NCBI GenBank assembly: GCA_016869045.1 | Contig: VGFC01000003.1 | Coordinates: 2,170-66,169 of the forward strand | Length of the DNA stretch: 64,000 bases | Origin: Armatimonadota bacterium | Lineage (GTDB): Bacteria > Armatimonadota > Zipacnadia > Zipacnadales > VGFC01 | Direction: 5' to 3' | Part shown: positions 1-9,133 of the stretch, in pieces | Numbering within the stretch: position 1 is the first letter of the stretch | Layout: each line of letters starts with the position of its first letter | Notes under the pieces: model-generated | What the model saw: only the letters and a program-made list of their open reading frames with translations | Told to the model about the DNA's origin: nothing | Databases searched by the model: none | Translations under genes and position numbers: made by a program

Positions 1-29
1 CCTTGCAGCCTATCCTGAAACTCGAACAG

Positions 30-50
30 CGACAGGCTGGGAAGCCTGTC
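30..50. repeat. Short hairpin (REP-like or terminator) downstream of the 74..517 ORF
   Basis: gacaggct-ggga-agcctgtc inverted repeat. Confidence 0.4.
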
Positions 51-73
51 CTCCGAGTTCCACTCGTGCTCCC

Positions 74-517
74 CTACTTGTAGTAGCGCGGAGGCGAGTA
101 CTTGCCGCCGCGACCATAGCCCGGCGGCGGGCCGACGTTGCGCTGGGCGTGCGACGGCGCCCGGCGCGCCTGGTAGCTGGTGCGCGGCCCGTCGTAGTAC
201 CCGTCATAGCGGTAGTAGCCGTAGGTCCGCGGCCGGTAGTCATACGGGCGATAGACAACCACCGGCGGACCGTAGTCGTAGTAGGTGTACCCGTAGGACC
301 GGTACACGGGAGGCGGGTAGTAGCCGGGCGAGTGGTAGTAATAGTGGGAGTGGCAGTAGTTGTCGTCGTCCAACATCTCGTAGACGATGGCGCCCGCCAA
401 GATGCCGCCCAACACGGCTCCGGCGTCACCCGCCCGCGCCGCACGCTGCAGCCCGAAGCTCGCAGCCAGCACCAGCAGCAGCGCGATCGCGAAGGTCCGA
501 TAGGCTGTGGTTCTCAT
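74..517 (-). CDS. Secreted Tyr/Pro/Gly-rich hypothetical protein
   Basis: ATG at 517 with GGAGGG RBS; signal peptide MRTTAYRTFAIALLLVLAASFG; glycine-zipper-like GAVLGGILAGAI followed by YYPPPVY-type low-complexity sequence. Confidence 0.7.
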   Translation of the reverse strand: MRTTAYRTFAIALLLVLAASFGLQRAARAGDAGAVLGGILAGAIVYEMLDDDNYCHSHYYYHSPGYYPPPVYRSYGYTYYDYGPPVVVYRPYDYRPRTYGYYRYDGYYDGPRTSYQARRAPSHAQRNVGPPPGYGRGGKYSPPRYYK

Positions 518-594
518 CGCAGTGCCCTCCGGCATGAGTCGGCGCCCCCATGCGCGGTACGTCCGGTGAGTCTCGATGCGCAACGCCGTGTCCT

Positions 595-625
595 TCTATT
601 ACTACAAAACGTAGTAGGCTGTCAA
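595..625 (-). promoter_or_regulatory. Sigma70-like promoter with palindromic operator TACTAC-N5-GTAGTA
   Basis: TTGACA on minus strand at 620-625, AT-rich tract toward 595, palindrome at 600-616. Confidence 0.5.
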
Positions 626-661
626 GTAGTTCCCTGGCCGATCCCCGGCGGCGGGAACCGG

Positions 662-2023
662 TCAGGCCTCGATCCGCGCCTCCAGCTGCGACGGCACAGC
701 CTCGAGCGTCATCCGGTGCGCCTCGACTGCCTTCAGGAGGTCCGCCACCACGTCCGGGTGGTCGGCGGCGACATCGAACCTCTCCGAGGGGTCAATGTCG
801 AGGTTGAACAACAGCGGGGGATCGTTCTGCTGGGCTTTCGCCCCGGCGTCCTGGGAGGTCAGGTGGGCCTTCCACGGGCCTTTGCGCACCGCCCAGAGCT
901 GCGCGCCCTGGTAGAAGAACATCGTGTCGCGGGCGCAGGGCCCCTTGCCCGTCAGCGCCGGCAGGAGGTCGTAGCCATCGAGGGTCCGGTCCGTGGGAAT
1001 CGGCGCGCGGGCGAGCGTCAGGCAGGTCGGGAAGAGATTAAGCGTTGAGGAGAGGTCCTGCCGCACGCTCCCCGCGGGAATCGTGCCCGGCCAGTACGCG
1101 AGGCACGGCTCGCGCATTCCGCCCTCCCACGTGCTGCCCTTGCCGCCGCGCAGGAGGCCCGCCGAGCCGCCGCTCAGCTTCTGCGTCAGCCACGGGCCGT
1201 TGTCGCTGGTGAAGAAGACGAGCGTCTCCCTGGCGAGGCCCTCCGTGTGGAGCGCGTCGATGACTTGCCCCACGCTCCAGTCCAGCTCCTCCACCACATC
1301 CCCGTACAGGCCCCGGGTGCTCGTGCCCTCGAAGCGCGCTGAGACATGCAGCGGCACGTGGGGGAATGTGTGGGGGAAGTACAAGAAGAACGGGCGCTTG
1401 CGGTGCTCGCGGATGAACTGCAGCGCGCGCTCGGTATAGCGGCTCGTCAGGGTCGTCTGGTCGGCGGGCTCCTCGATGACCGTCTCGCCCTCCATCAGCG
1501 GGCAGGGCTTCATGTCGTTCGAGTACGGGATGCCGAAGTAGCTGTCGAACCCATGCCGCGTCGGCAGGTACTGCGGCAGATGCCCCAGGTGCCACTTGCC
1601 GATGCACGCCGTCGCGTAGCCCTGGCCCCGCAAGGCCTCGGGGATCAGAATCTCGCTGTCCTGGATGCCGCCCGCCGAATCGGGGAAGAGCACGCCCCGC
1701 TTGCTGCTACACATCCCCGTGCGGATCGGCAGTCGCCCGGTCAGCAGCGCCGCGCGACTGGGCGTGCACACGGGCGCCGCCGAGTAGAACTGCGTCAGCT
1801 TGGCGCCGCCCGCCGCCATCCGATCCAGGTTCGGGGTTCGAATCGTCGGATGCCCAAAGCAGCCCAGGTCCCCATAGCCCAAGTCATCGGCGAAGATGAT
1901 GACGATGTTCGGCCGCCGCCGCCCCGCAGCGACGGATACGCCGCCGAGAAGCTGCGCCGCGGCCAGTCCGCCAACTGCGTGAGCGGCGCGAGTGAGAAAG
2001 GTGCGTCGATCGAGGTTCGCCAT
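662..2023 (-). CDS. Arylsulfatase A-like formylglycine-dependent sulfatase, Tat-exported
   Basis: DRRTFL Tat motif; IFADDLGYGD, CTPSRAALLTGR, GKWHLG and SDNG motifs. Confidence 0.95.
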   Translation of the reverse strand: MANLDRRTFLTRAAHAVGGLAAAQLLGGVSVAAGRRRPNIVIIFADDLGYGDLGCFGHPTIRTPNLDRMAAGGAKLTQFYSAAPVCTPSRAALLTGRLPIRTGMCSSKRGVLFPDSAGGIQDSEILIPEALRGQGYATACIGKWHLGHLPQYLPTRHGFDSYFGIPYSNDMKPCPLMEGETVIEEPADQTTLTSRYTERALQFIREHRKRPFFLYFPHTFPHVPLHVSARFEGTSTRGLYGDVVEELDWSVGQVIDALHTEGLARETLVFFTSDNGPWLTQKLSGGSAGLLRGGKGSTWEGGMREPCLAYWPGTIPAGSVRQDLSSTLNLFPTCLTLARAPIPTDRTLDGYDLLPALTGKGPCARDTMFFYQGAQLWAVRKGPWKAHLTSQDAGAKAQQNDPPLLFNLDIDPSERFDVAADHPDVVADLLKAVEAHRMTLEAVPSQLEARIEA

Positions 2024-2050
2024 GCCGGACCTCCGATCTCCTACGGTACG

Positions 2051-2599
2051 TTACGCCACCAGCAGCTTGACGGCCACCACCGCCAACAGGGCGGCGCCGG
2101 CTCGTTCGGCCCAGACGCCGAGTTTGCTCGAGGCCGTGGAACCCAGGACCATCCCCACCGCGGTCATGACGATGGCGGTCAGGCCGATGACGATGATGTA
2201 GGCGATCTGGTTGCGCTGCAGGCTGCCGAAGGTGAGTCCCACGGCGAGGGCGTCGATGCTCACGGCGAGCGAGAGGCCGACCAGCATCCAGCCCTTGGTG
2301 GGGTTGCAGGTGCGGGGCGCGTCGCTGTCCCGGTGCTTCAGCGACTCGTAGAGCATCTTGGCGGAGATGGCCATCAGCACGCCGAACACGAACCAGTGAT
2401 CCCAACCCCGGATGTAGGGGACGATCTGCTGGCCGAGTTTCCAGCCGATCAGCGGCATGAGCGACTGAAACACCCCAAAGTGCCAGCTCAGGCGGAACCG
2501 CGAGCGGAAGTCGGACCAGCACGCGCCAATTCCTAACGCCACCGAGAAGGCGTCGAAACCTAACGCGATGGCGATTCCGGCGAGTTCGAGCGGCGTCAA
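2051..2599 (-). CDS. mntP: Manganese efflux pump MntP family
   Basis: Paired FDAFSVALG and SIDALAVG motifs, FGVFQSLMPLIGW, about six TM segments; TTG start. Confidence 0.85.
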   Translation of the reverse strand: MTPLELAGIAIALGFDAFSVALGIGACWSDFRSRFRLSWHFGVFQSLMPLIGWKLGQQIVPYIRGWDHWFVFGVLMAISAKMLYESLKHRDSDAPRTCNPTKGWMLVGLSLAVSIDALAVGLTFGSLQRNQIAYIIVIGLTAIVMTAVGMVLGSTASSKLGVWAERAGAALLAVVAVKLLVA

Positions 2600-2605
2600 G
2601 GGACC

Positions 2606-5600
2606 CTACCCCTTCGGCAACGCGTGCCACGGCTCGCGGAGGCTGCGTACGAGGCGCGTCGTGCAGGCCTTCACTTGGGATTCCTCTGCAACCAGGATGA
2701 TCGAGAAGCACCGGTCCTGGTCAATCTCCAGCCGGATCGACCCGCCCCTGACCGGCGCCTCGATCCGCTCGTACTCCACCCACTCGCCGCCCCTGACCTC
2801 GCCGACGAGCGCGACAGGCTTGCTCCACTCCGCGCGCGTGTCGAGCCGCACCGTGCCCTCGGTGAGCGGGAGGACGCACAGCTGCGTGGAGCTGCGGACA
2901 TCTTGCCCGTCGAGGGAGTAGGACATGAAGTGCGCACCCTTCCCGTCCTCCAACGCCAGTAAGGCCGAGTTCTTCGCCCAGACCATGCAGCCGGTGCGGT
3001 GCGGGGTGAGTTCGAGGGGCGGGGCGCCGTCCGCCGTCCGCGCGTTGACCTTGGCGTCGGTTGGGTTCACCCACACCTCGCCGCGCGCCGCTGTGCCGGC
3101 CAGGGGCACGGACAGCGGCAGGGCCGCCCCGAGGGCGTCCCTCGCAGCTCCTGTGTCTCCCAGCACTGTCCGGTACACCAGGCTGTTGCGCGCGGCGATC
3201 CCTTCGGCAAAGCCTTCGTCCCGCTCCAGCGGCCAGGTGCAGAAGAGCACGCGGCCCTTGCCCAGCGCGTTGCTCAGGAGCACCGGCGTCTTGTCCGCGT
3301 CCGTTGCCGCGACGAGGACTTGTGCCCCGGTCGGCTTCACGACGATGGCCGGGTTCACCGTGATCTGTTCCCCGCCGATCTCGGCGGGCAGGCCCGTCTT
3401 CTCATCGCAGGCGACGTTGGGGTAGCGCTCGGCGACGAACTCGACACCACATAACTCCTTCAGTCGGTCGGTCAGCGTGCGCGTGCGTAGCATGTCGTAG
3501 GAGACGTCTCCCGAGACGTACAGCGTGCCGCCGGCCTTCACCCAGTCGAGCAGCTTGGCGCATACGTCATCGGGGATCTGGTAGGGGATTGGGTAGAAGA
3601 TCACCTTCGCTGAGGGGGGAATCGCCTCCAGAGAGCACTCATTCAGCGTCCCGCAGCTCACGCCCATCTCCTGCAGCGTGCGGAAGCATGACAGCGTCGC
3701 TTCGAACACCGTCCACACCGGCTGGCCGAGTCGGTGCGTGTCGGGGGTGAGCACGTAGACGCTGGGCGGCTCGTAGCGCCGCTCGAACTGCCGGAAGGTG
3801 AGCCCCGCCGCGCGGTAGACGTCCAGGCAGTCCTTCTTCACCCAGTCGCCGGGGTAGACCATCCCCCACGGGAAGATCCACTCGACGTTGTCCTTCCAGT
3901 CCCAGTTGTGGATCTTGGAGGCGCCGAGGCCCCAGCCGTAGTGGGTGATCGCGAGCCAGAGCTGCTCCTGCTGCTCGTCGGTGCGGGCGATGTGATAGCC
4001 CCAGTCCTTGCCACCGCCCCAGGCGGGGTGCGTCTTGCAGCCGAACTCGCCGGCGCTCATCGACTTGCCGCGCTCGCGCAGGTCCGCATGGCGCATCACC
4101 GAGGGGAAGCGGGCGATGTCACGCTCGGGCTTGTCGAAGTAGCCGATGTTCGCGCAGGTGTGGTCGCCGATGGCCTGGATGATGTCGATGCCCGGCCCGG
4201 GCGTCTGGTAGTACTCCGACGTGATCGCGTGGTGCTGATCGACCTCGCGAATCGCGCGCACGTGCCGGTTGATCCAGCGCGTCATCAGCTCCACCTTGAA
4301 GCGCGCGAGGTCCATGCCGCGCACATCGTCCCAGCTGTCTGCGCCATACTCCTGTAGGGGCACGTGCCCCAGCGGGCCCGTCACGCGCTCGGGCTTCCAG
4401 GCGGCGGCGAGCGTCTCGTCGGTCGCGTATCGAGTCTTCAGAAACTCGTTCCACAGGCGCTCGACATCCGTGCGCGGCGGCTCGCCGCCACGCTCTTCGG
4501 CAAGCCGCAGGTTGTCGTCCAGGCGGAGCTGGAAGTCCCCGTTGATGTACCAGAGAATCCCCGGCACGTCCTTGTAGCGCTTCACGAACGCCTGAACCCA
4601 GGCCGCCTCCCTCTCCAGCACATCGTCCTCAACCACCACGTTCGCGCCGATGAGCAGCCCCGGCATGTAGACTTGCCCGTACTGCTGCGCGAGCTGCACC
4701 ATCGCATCGGTCTTGCGCAAGAGCGACTCGGGCCACTCGTACGGCGGGCTCTGGCTCACCGCGCTGACCTGCAGGTTCTCGGGCAGGTTCATGCCGGAAT
4801 CGCGCATCGTCTCGAAGTCGCGCTTCCAGACCAGCGGGTTCTCATGCGCCGAGTAGAAGGCGAACGAGAAGCTGTCCGTGCCCTGCAGGAAGTGCTCGCG
4901 CCCGTTCAGCCGGAAGAGGTTGCCCTCCAGCACGCAGTCCGGCCCGGACTTCACCACCTTCTCATCCCACACGCAGAAGCCGGTCTCCATCTTGTCCGAC
5001 GGCCTCTCGTCCAGGCTCAGCGTCGCTTCGACACGGTAGAAGTCTGCCTCAAAGCGCCCCGGGCTCCACTCGACGGTGAACTCGCGGGTCTCGTCGGGTT
5101 GGAGTGTAGCGCCCGGCGAGTGGAGCTGGATCGGCTTGCCCTTGCCGTCGGCAGTGACCTGGAAATCGACGCTGACGGCTTGGGGAGCCGGCCCCCAGTT
5201 GCTGACCTGCACCTTGATCTGCACCGGCTCGCCCTGGCGGTACGTGGCGTAGTTCGTCTCGAGGTTGTGCAGGAACGTCTCGGTGACGAGCGCATCCACG
5301 ATGGGTACGAGCAGCTCGGTGGCCGCCGGCGCATCGCGCGGGAAGAAGTCGAAGTCCGTGGAGCCGAAGATCGCCCAGGCCGACCGCGCATAGTGGCCGC
5401 CGTAGCGGTAGGTGATCGAGGCGGCGCTGCCGCGCAGGCGCTGGTAGCGGTCGTAGCAGTTCACCAGCGGGACGCGCCGCGCGTCGTCGTAGCCGAGGAC
5501 CGTCGTCGCCGACCAGCCCTGCATCGGCGCATCGGCGACGAAGTTCTGAGGCACGATGTACTGATCCGGCGCGGCCCTCGCGAACTCCACGCGCTTCAGG

Positions 5601-7075
5601 GGGAACTGCGCGTCGAACACCCCGATCTGCTCCGGCGCCACCTGCAGTCCGTCCAGCGGCGCGCCGCGGGCCGTGTTCATGATGAGTTCACTCGGCCCGG
5701 CCGCCGCCAGCTTCACGCGCGCACACTTGGAGCCAGAGTGCGGAGTCGCCCCGACGATGCTGGCGAGGTCCTTCTGGGTGCGGAACCAGTTGTGGGGGCG
5801 GCGGTCGTCGGGGGCCGTCACATTCTCGAAGCCCCCGTCGGTGACGTACTCCCGGCCCGCGTCGTCGGTGACCGAGATGTCGTCGATGGACGCCGTGCCG
5901 GTGCAGCGGAAGAGCCCCGCCTTGATCTCGACCACCGCCGCGTTCTGGTCCACCCTGAAGGCATACTGGTTCGCGGTCCAGTCCTGGTCGCCGACCAGGT
6001 GGAGCGTGTCGCGCCAGCTGCCGAGCTTGCCGTCCTTGTCGAACTGGTAGACGGCCAGGTAGGCAAAGCCGCCCGTGACGCCCCGGCAGCGGAGGTGCCC
6101 GCGGAAGGTCATCGCCTTCCCCGGCATGTCGGGCTCGACGGGGATGCGGTAGAACCACGAGCACTCCTCGGGCGTGGGCTTCGCCGCCGCCGGCGGCTCG
6201 CCGCCGACCAGGTTGTTGAACGCATACCCGCCCATTGTGAGCATGTTGCCGCCGCCACGCAGGAAGCGCCGGAACGCATCGGCGGCCGGCGCGGGGAAGG
6301 TCTCGCCATAGGGCAGGATCACTGTGCTGAAGCGCTCGGGCGTCAGGAATAGCCGATCCGCAAGCTGCGCCGCGCTGATGAGCGTGGTCTCGTAGGGCTG
6401 CCCGGGGATCGCGTCGAGAATCTCCTTCAGGTACTCCGGCTCCGAGCCGACGCCCACGACGGGCAGGTCATCCTTCAGGATCGCGATTCCCGGCTTGCCG
6501 CCAGCGGCTCCGGCAGACGGCGGCTGGGCGATCTCGCCGACGTCGGCGGCCTGCTCGCCCTCCACCAGCGTGAAGTCATCCACCCACAGCGTCCCCGAGG
6601 CCTGGAACAGCCCGAAGGGGATCACCAGCCGCGTCGTCTCCTCACCTATCGTGAAGGTGTGCGTGTGGCGCTCCCAGTCGAGCGTGCCCACCGGGTGCGT
6701 GAAGTCGAAGTAGGCGACGTAATCCCCGAACTTGTCGTACTGGTACATGGCGACATACCCGTACCCCTGCACCCCCTCGTTCGCCACGATGTCCTGCGCC
6801 CTCACCCACGCCGACACCGTGTAGGTCGCACCCGGCCTGAAGCCCTCAACCGTCCAGGAGCCGCTGCCGCTGGTCCGTTCGCCGGCCCTCGGCTCGACCA
6901 TCACCCGCACGCTGCGCTTGCCCGAATGCGCCACCTGATCGTCGAACGCCGCGCCGGCGCTCAACGTCAGGTCCAACGGCCGGCGCTCGAAGTCGCCGTG
7001 CTGAATCAGCGAGACGGGCTGGGCGAGGCCGACTGAGGCAAGCAGTGCGGATGCAACGACGAGACAGAGGGTCAT
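2606..7075 (-). CDS. Large secreted multidomain glycoside-hydrolase-like protein (two CBM4/9-like domains, GH42/GH5-like barrel, beta-galactosidase trimerisation-like domain)
   Basis: ATG at 7075 with GGAGGC RBS and signal peptide; GDFE...HSGKRS...WVDD CBM signatures twice; WNEFLKTRY..LAAAW and GEFG motifs; LLDWVKAGGTL. Confidence 0.75.
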   Translation of the reverse strand: MTLCLVVASALLASVGLAQPVSLIQHGDFERRPLDLTLSAGAAFDDQVAHSGKRSVRVMVEPRAGERTSGSGSWTVEGFRPGATYTVSAWVRAQDIVANEGVQGYGYVAMYQYDKFGDYVAYFDFTHPVGTLDWERHTHTFTIGEETTRLVIPFGLFQASGTLWVDDFTLVEGEQAADVGEIAQPPSAGAAGGKPGIAILKDDLPVVGVGSEPEYLKEILDAIPGQPYETTLISAAQLADRLFLTPERFSTVILPYGETFPAPAADAFRRFLRGGGNMLTMGGYAFNNLVGGEPPAAAKPTPEECSWFYRIPVEPDMPGKAMTFRGHLRCRGVTGGFAYLAVYQFDKDGKLGSWRDTLHLVGDQDWTANQYAFRVDQNAAVVEIKAGLFRCTGTASIDDISVTDDAGREYVTDGGFENVTAPDDRRPHNWFRTQKDLASIVGATPHSGSKCARVKLAAAGPSELIMNTARGAPLDGLQVAPEQIGVFDAQFPLKRVEFARAAPDQYIVPQNFVADAPMQGWSATTVLGYDDARRVPLVNCYDRYQRLRGSAASITYRYGGHYARSAWAIFGSTDFDFFPRDAPAATELLVPIVDALVTETFLHNLETNYATYRQGEPVQIKVQVSNWGPAPQAVSVDFQVTADGKGKPIQLHSPGATLQPDETREFTVEWSPGRFEADFYRVEATLSLDERPSDKMETGFCVWDEKVVKSGPDCVLEGNLFRLNGREHFLQGTDSFSFAFYSAHENPLVWKRDFETMRDSGMNLPENLQVSAVSQSPPYEWPESLLRKTDAMVQLAQQYGQVYMPGLLIGANVVVEDDVLEREAAWVQAFVKRYKDVPGILWYINGDFQLRLDDNLRLAEERGGEPPRTDVERLWNEFLKTRYATDETLAAAWKPERVTGPLGHVPLQEYGADSWDDVRGMDLARFKVELMTRWINRHVRAIREVDQHHAITSEYYQTPGPGIDIIQAIGDHTCANIGYFDKPERDIARFPSVMRHADLRERGKSMSAGEFGCKTHPAWGGGKDWGYHIARTDEQQEQLWLAITHYGWGLGASKIHNWDWKDNVEWIFPWGMVYPGDWVKKDCLDVYRAAGLTFRQFERRYEPPSVYVLTPDTHRLGQPVWTVFEATLSCFRTLQEMGVSCGTLNECSLEAIPPSAKVIFYPIPYQIPDDVCAKLLDWVKAGGTLYVSGDVSYDMLRTRTLTDRLKELCGVEFVAERYPNVACDEKTGLPAEIGGEQITVNPAIVVKPTGAQVLVAATDADKTPVLLSNALGKGRVLFCTWPLERDEGFAEGIAARNSLVYRTVLGDTGAARDALGAALPLSVPLAGTAARGEVWVNPTDAKVNARTADGAPPLELTPHRTGCMVWAKNSALLALEDGKGAHFMSYSLDGQDVRSSTQLCVLPLTEGTVRLDTRAEWSKPVALVGEVRGGEWVEYERIEAPVRGGSIRLEIDQDRCFSIILVAEESQVKACTTRLVRSLREPWHALPKG

Positions 7076-7167
7076 GGGAGGCCTCCGTTGGGGGCGGGTG
7101 GTGGGGTGTTCCACGGAGGCGCGAGCACGTCCTGCCGGGACGCACGGGGGCCGATGAGGTCAGGCTG

Positions 7168-7389
7168 TCACAGGAGCCGCACGAACTCCTCCACCGTCAG
7201 GCCTGCATCGCCAATGAGGCCCCGCAGCAGACCGGGGCCGACGTTCCGATGCAGGGGGACGGCAAGCGTGTAGTCGTGTCCCGGTTTCTGCATCATCAGA
7301 TGACTGCCGCGCATACGAACGCCTCGCCAGCCGGCGCGCTCGAAGGCCCGAGCGATCTCGTCGCCCGAGAGACCCCGGGGAAGCCTCAT
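7168..7389 (-). CDS. hicA: HicA-family toxin (type II TA)
   Basis: 73 aa, GW...RGSH catalytic motif, VPLH, AGLTVEEF; ATGA overlap with hicB. Confidence 0.9.
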   Translation of the reverse strand: MRLPRGLSGDEIARAFERAGWRGVRMRGSHLMMQKPGHDYTLAVPLHRNVGPGLLRGLIGDAGLTVEEFVRLL

Positions 7390-7601
7390 CCCAACACGAC
7401 CTCACGCAGCAACTGCCCGGGTTGCAGGGCCGACCGCGTGCGGTCCTCCTCAGCTTCGAGCCAGCCCTCGATCGCCTCGCGGATGTTCGCCATCGCCTCC
7501 TCCTCCGTCTGGCCCTGCGACCAGCATCCCTTGAGGGCCGGGCAAGAGGCAACGAAGAAGCCATCCTCATCCTGCTCTATGACCACCGCTAGCTTGTCCA
7601 T
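7386..7601 (-). CDS. hicB: HicB-family antitoxin (short form without DNA-binding domain)
   Basis: MDKLAVVIEQDEDGFFVASCPALKGCWSQGQTEEEAMANIREAI, 71 aa. Confidence 0.9.
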   Translation of the reverse strand: MDKLAVVIEQDEDGFFVASCPALKGCWSQGQTEEEAMANIREAIEGWLEAEEDRTRSALQPGQLLREVVLG

Positions 7602-7675
7602 GGTCGGGCTCCCTGAGCGATGTGGGTTCGCATCCGCAGTATACCCAAACGAGTCGATGCCGTGAAGCCTTGCTC

Positions 7676-9019
7676 CTAGCCTTCCCTCGGCCTGCCCTTC
7701 GCGATCCACTCCTCCCAGGCCTTGCCGAGGCTGATGCCGTGAGTGGCGACGGGGTCTTCGGTCAGGCCGTTCTTGGCCATGCCGGCGGCGATCCAGGCTT
7801 CGAGGCGCTCTTCGAGGGTGCGGGCGAGGTCGGGCTGCTGGTCGGCGAGGTTGTGGAGTTCGTCGGGGTCGGTGCGCAGGTCGTAGAGTTCGCGCGTTGG
7901 GTTGCCGTGGAGGTCGGGCAGGCGCGCGAGGATGAGCTTGTGGGTGTCGTCGCGGATCGCCCATTTCGCCTGCCATGTGCATTCCTGGGAGGTGATGAAG
8001 TCCCGCAGCGGCGTGTGGGAGCCGGTTAGCAACGGGACGAGGCTCTGGCCCTCCATCGCCGGCGGCACATCCAGGTCGAAGGCGGAGAGGATCGTGGGGG
8101 CCACGTCCACATGCTGGGCGAAGTCGGTGACGCGCGTGCCGGGCTCGACGACGCCCGGCCAGCGCACGATGAGCGGGCAGCGGATGTTGCCGTCGTAGAG
8201 GCCGTGGTGGTCGAAGAAGATGTCGTGGCGGTAGTGCATCTCGCCATGGTCGCTGAGGAGGATGACGAGCGTATCCTCCGCGTGGCCGCATTCCTGAAGC
8301 GTCTGCAGGACCTGCCCGACGCCCTCATCCGCGTGGCAGATCTCCCCATCGTAGAGCGCGACCACGTACTCCGCGTCACACATCCCCGGCGGCAGCTTCT
8401 CGAACCACTTGCGCCACATGACGCTGAAGTACTGGTCCGCGAGGGGCGCGAGCGTGTTGCGTGAGGGATCGGTCGGGTCGCCCTCGTAGAAGCAGCGGAA
8501 ACGCTCGGGCGGGAGATACGGCGTGTGCGGGTCCCAGTAATGGATGGCGGCGAAGAAGCGTTCATCGCAGTGCGTGCGCAGCCACGGCAGCACGCGCGTG
8601 TTGAGGCGCTCGCAGCTATAGCCGTCGTCCGGTCCGGGGAACGTGGAGTCCACCAGGAACTCGAAGCCGTGGACGAACCAGCTCTTGTAGCGCGGCAGGC
8701 AGTCGAACGACGCGGTCAGGAAGCCCGCCTGCCGCAGCAGCGCGGGGAACCACGGCGTGCCGGGCTTGAGGTCGTTGTCGCCCTGCGCGCCGCCCTTGTG
8801 GCTGACGACACCGTGGGTGAGGCTGTGCTGCCCCGTGTAGACCGTCGTGAACGAGGGCTGCGTCGGCACCGCGGGCGCGAAGAACCGCTCGCACACCGCG
8901 CCCTCGCTGGCGAGGCGGTCGATGTTCGGGCTGGTCGGACGGTGGTACCCGTAGCAGCCGAGGTGGTCGGCGCGGAGTGAGTCGACGAAGACAAGCAGGA
9001 TGTTGCGTGGCTCGGTCAT
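7676..9019 (-). CDS. Sulfatase-like alkaline-phosphatase-superfamily hydrolase
   Basis: VDSLRADHLGCYGY, HYWDPHTPY, SDHGE, HHGLYD; active-site segment PTQPSF. Confidence 0.9.
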   Translation of the reverse strand: MTEPRNILLVFVDSLRADHLGCYGYHRPTSPNIDRLASEGAVCERFFAPAVPTQPSFTTVYTGQHSLTHGVVSHKGGAQGDNDLKPGTPWFPALLRQAGFLTASFDCLPRYKSWFVHGFEFLVDSTFPGPDDGYSCERLNTRVLPWLRTHCDERFFAAIHYWDPHTPYLPPERFRCFYEGDPTDPSRNTLAPLADQYFSVMWRKWFEKLPPGMCDAEYVVALYDGEICHADEGVGQVLQTLQECGHAEDTLVILLSDHGEMHYRHDIFFDHHGLYDGNIRCPLIVRWPGVVEPGTRVTDFAQHVDVAPTILSAFDLDVPPAMEGQSLVPLLTGSHTPLRDFITSQECTWQAKWAIRDDTHKLILARLPDLHGNPTRELYDLRTDPDELHNLADQQPDLARTLEERLEAWIAAGMAKNGLTEDPVATHGISLGKAWEEWIAKGRPREG

Positions 9020-9133
9020 GTGGCGGTCGAGTCCCGTCTCTTGCCCCGGCGGAAGGGGCCCGTGATGCGGACTGCCCCGGGCATGGCGGGCAGAACGGGC
9101 GTCTCTTCCCCGGAGCCAAGGAAGGCCCCTTCG

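Noticed and set aside
7386..8291. 301-aa ORF as a HicB fusion
   Set aside because: Only the last 71 aa are HicB; the rest overlaps the sulfatase-like gene in another frame.
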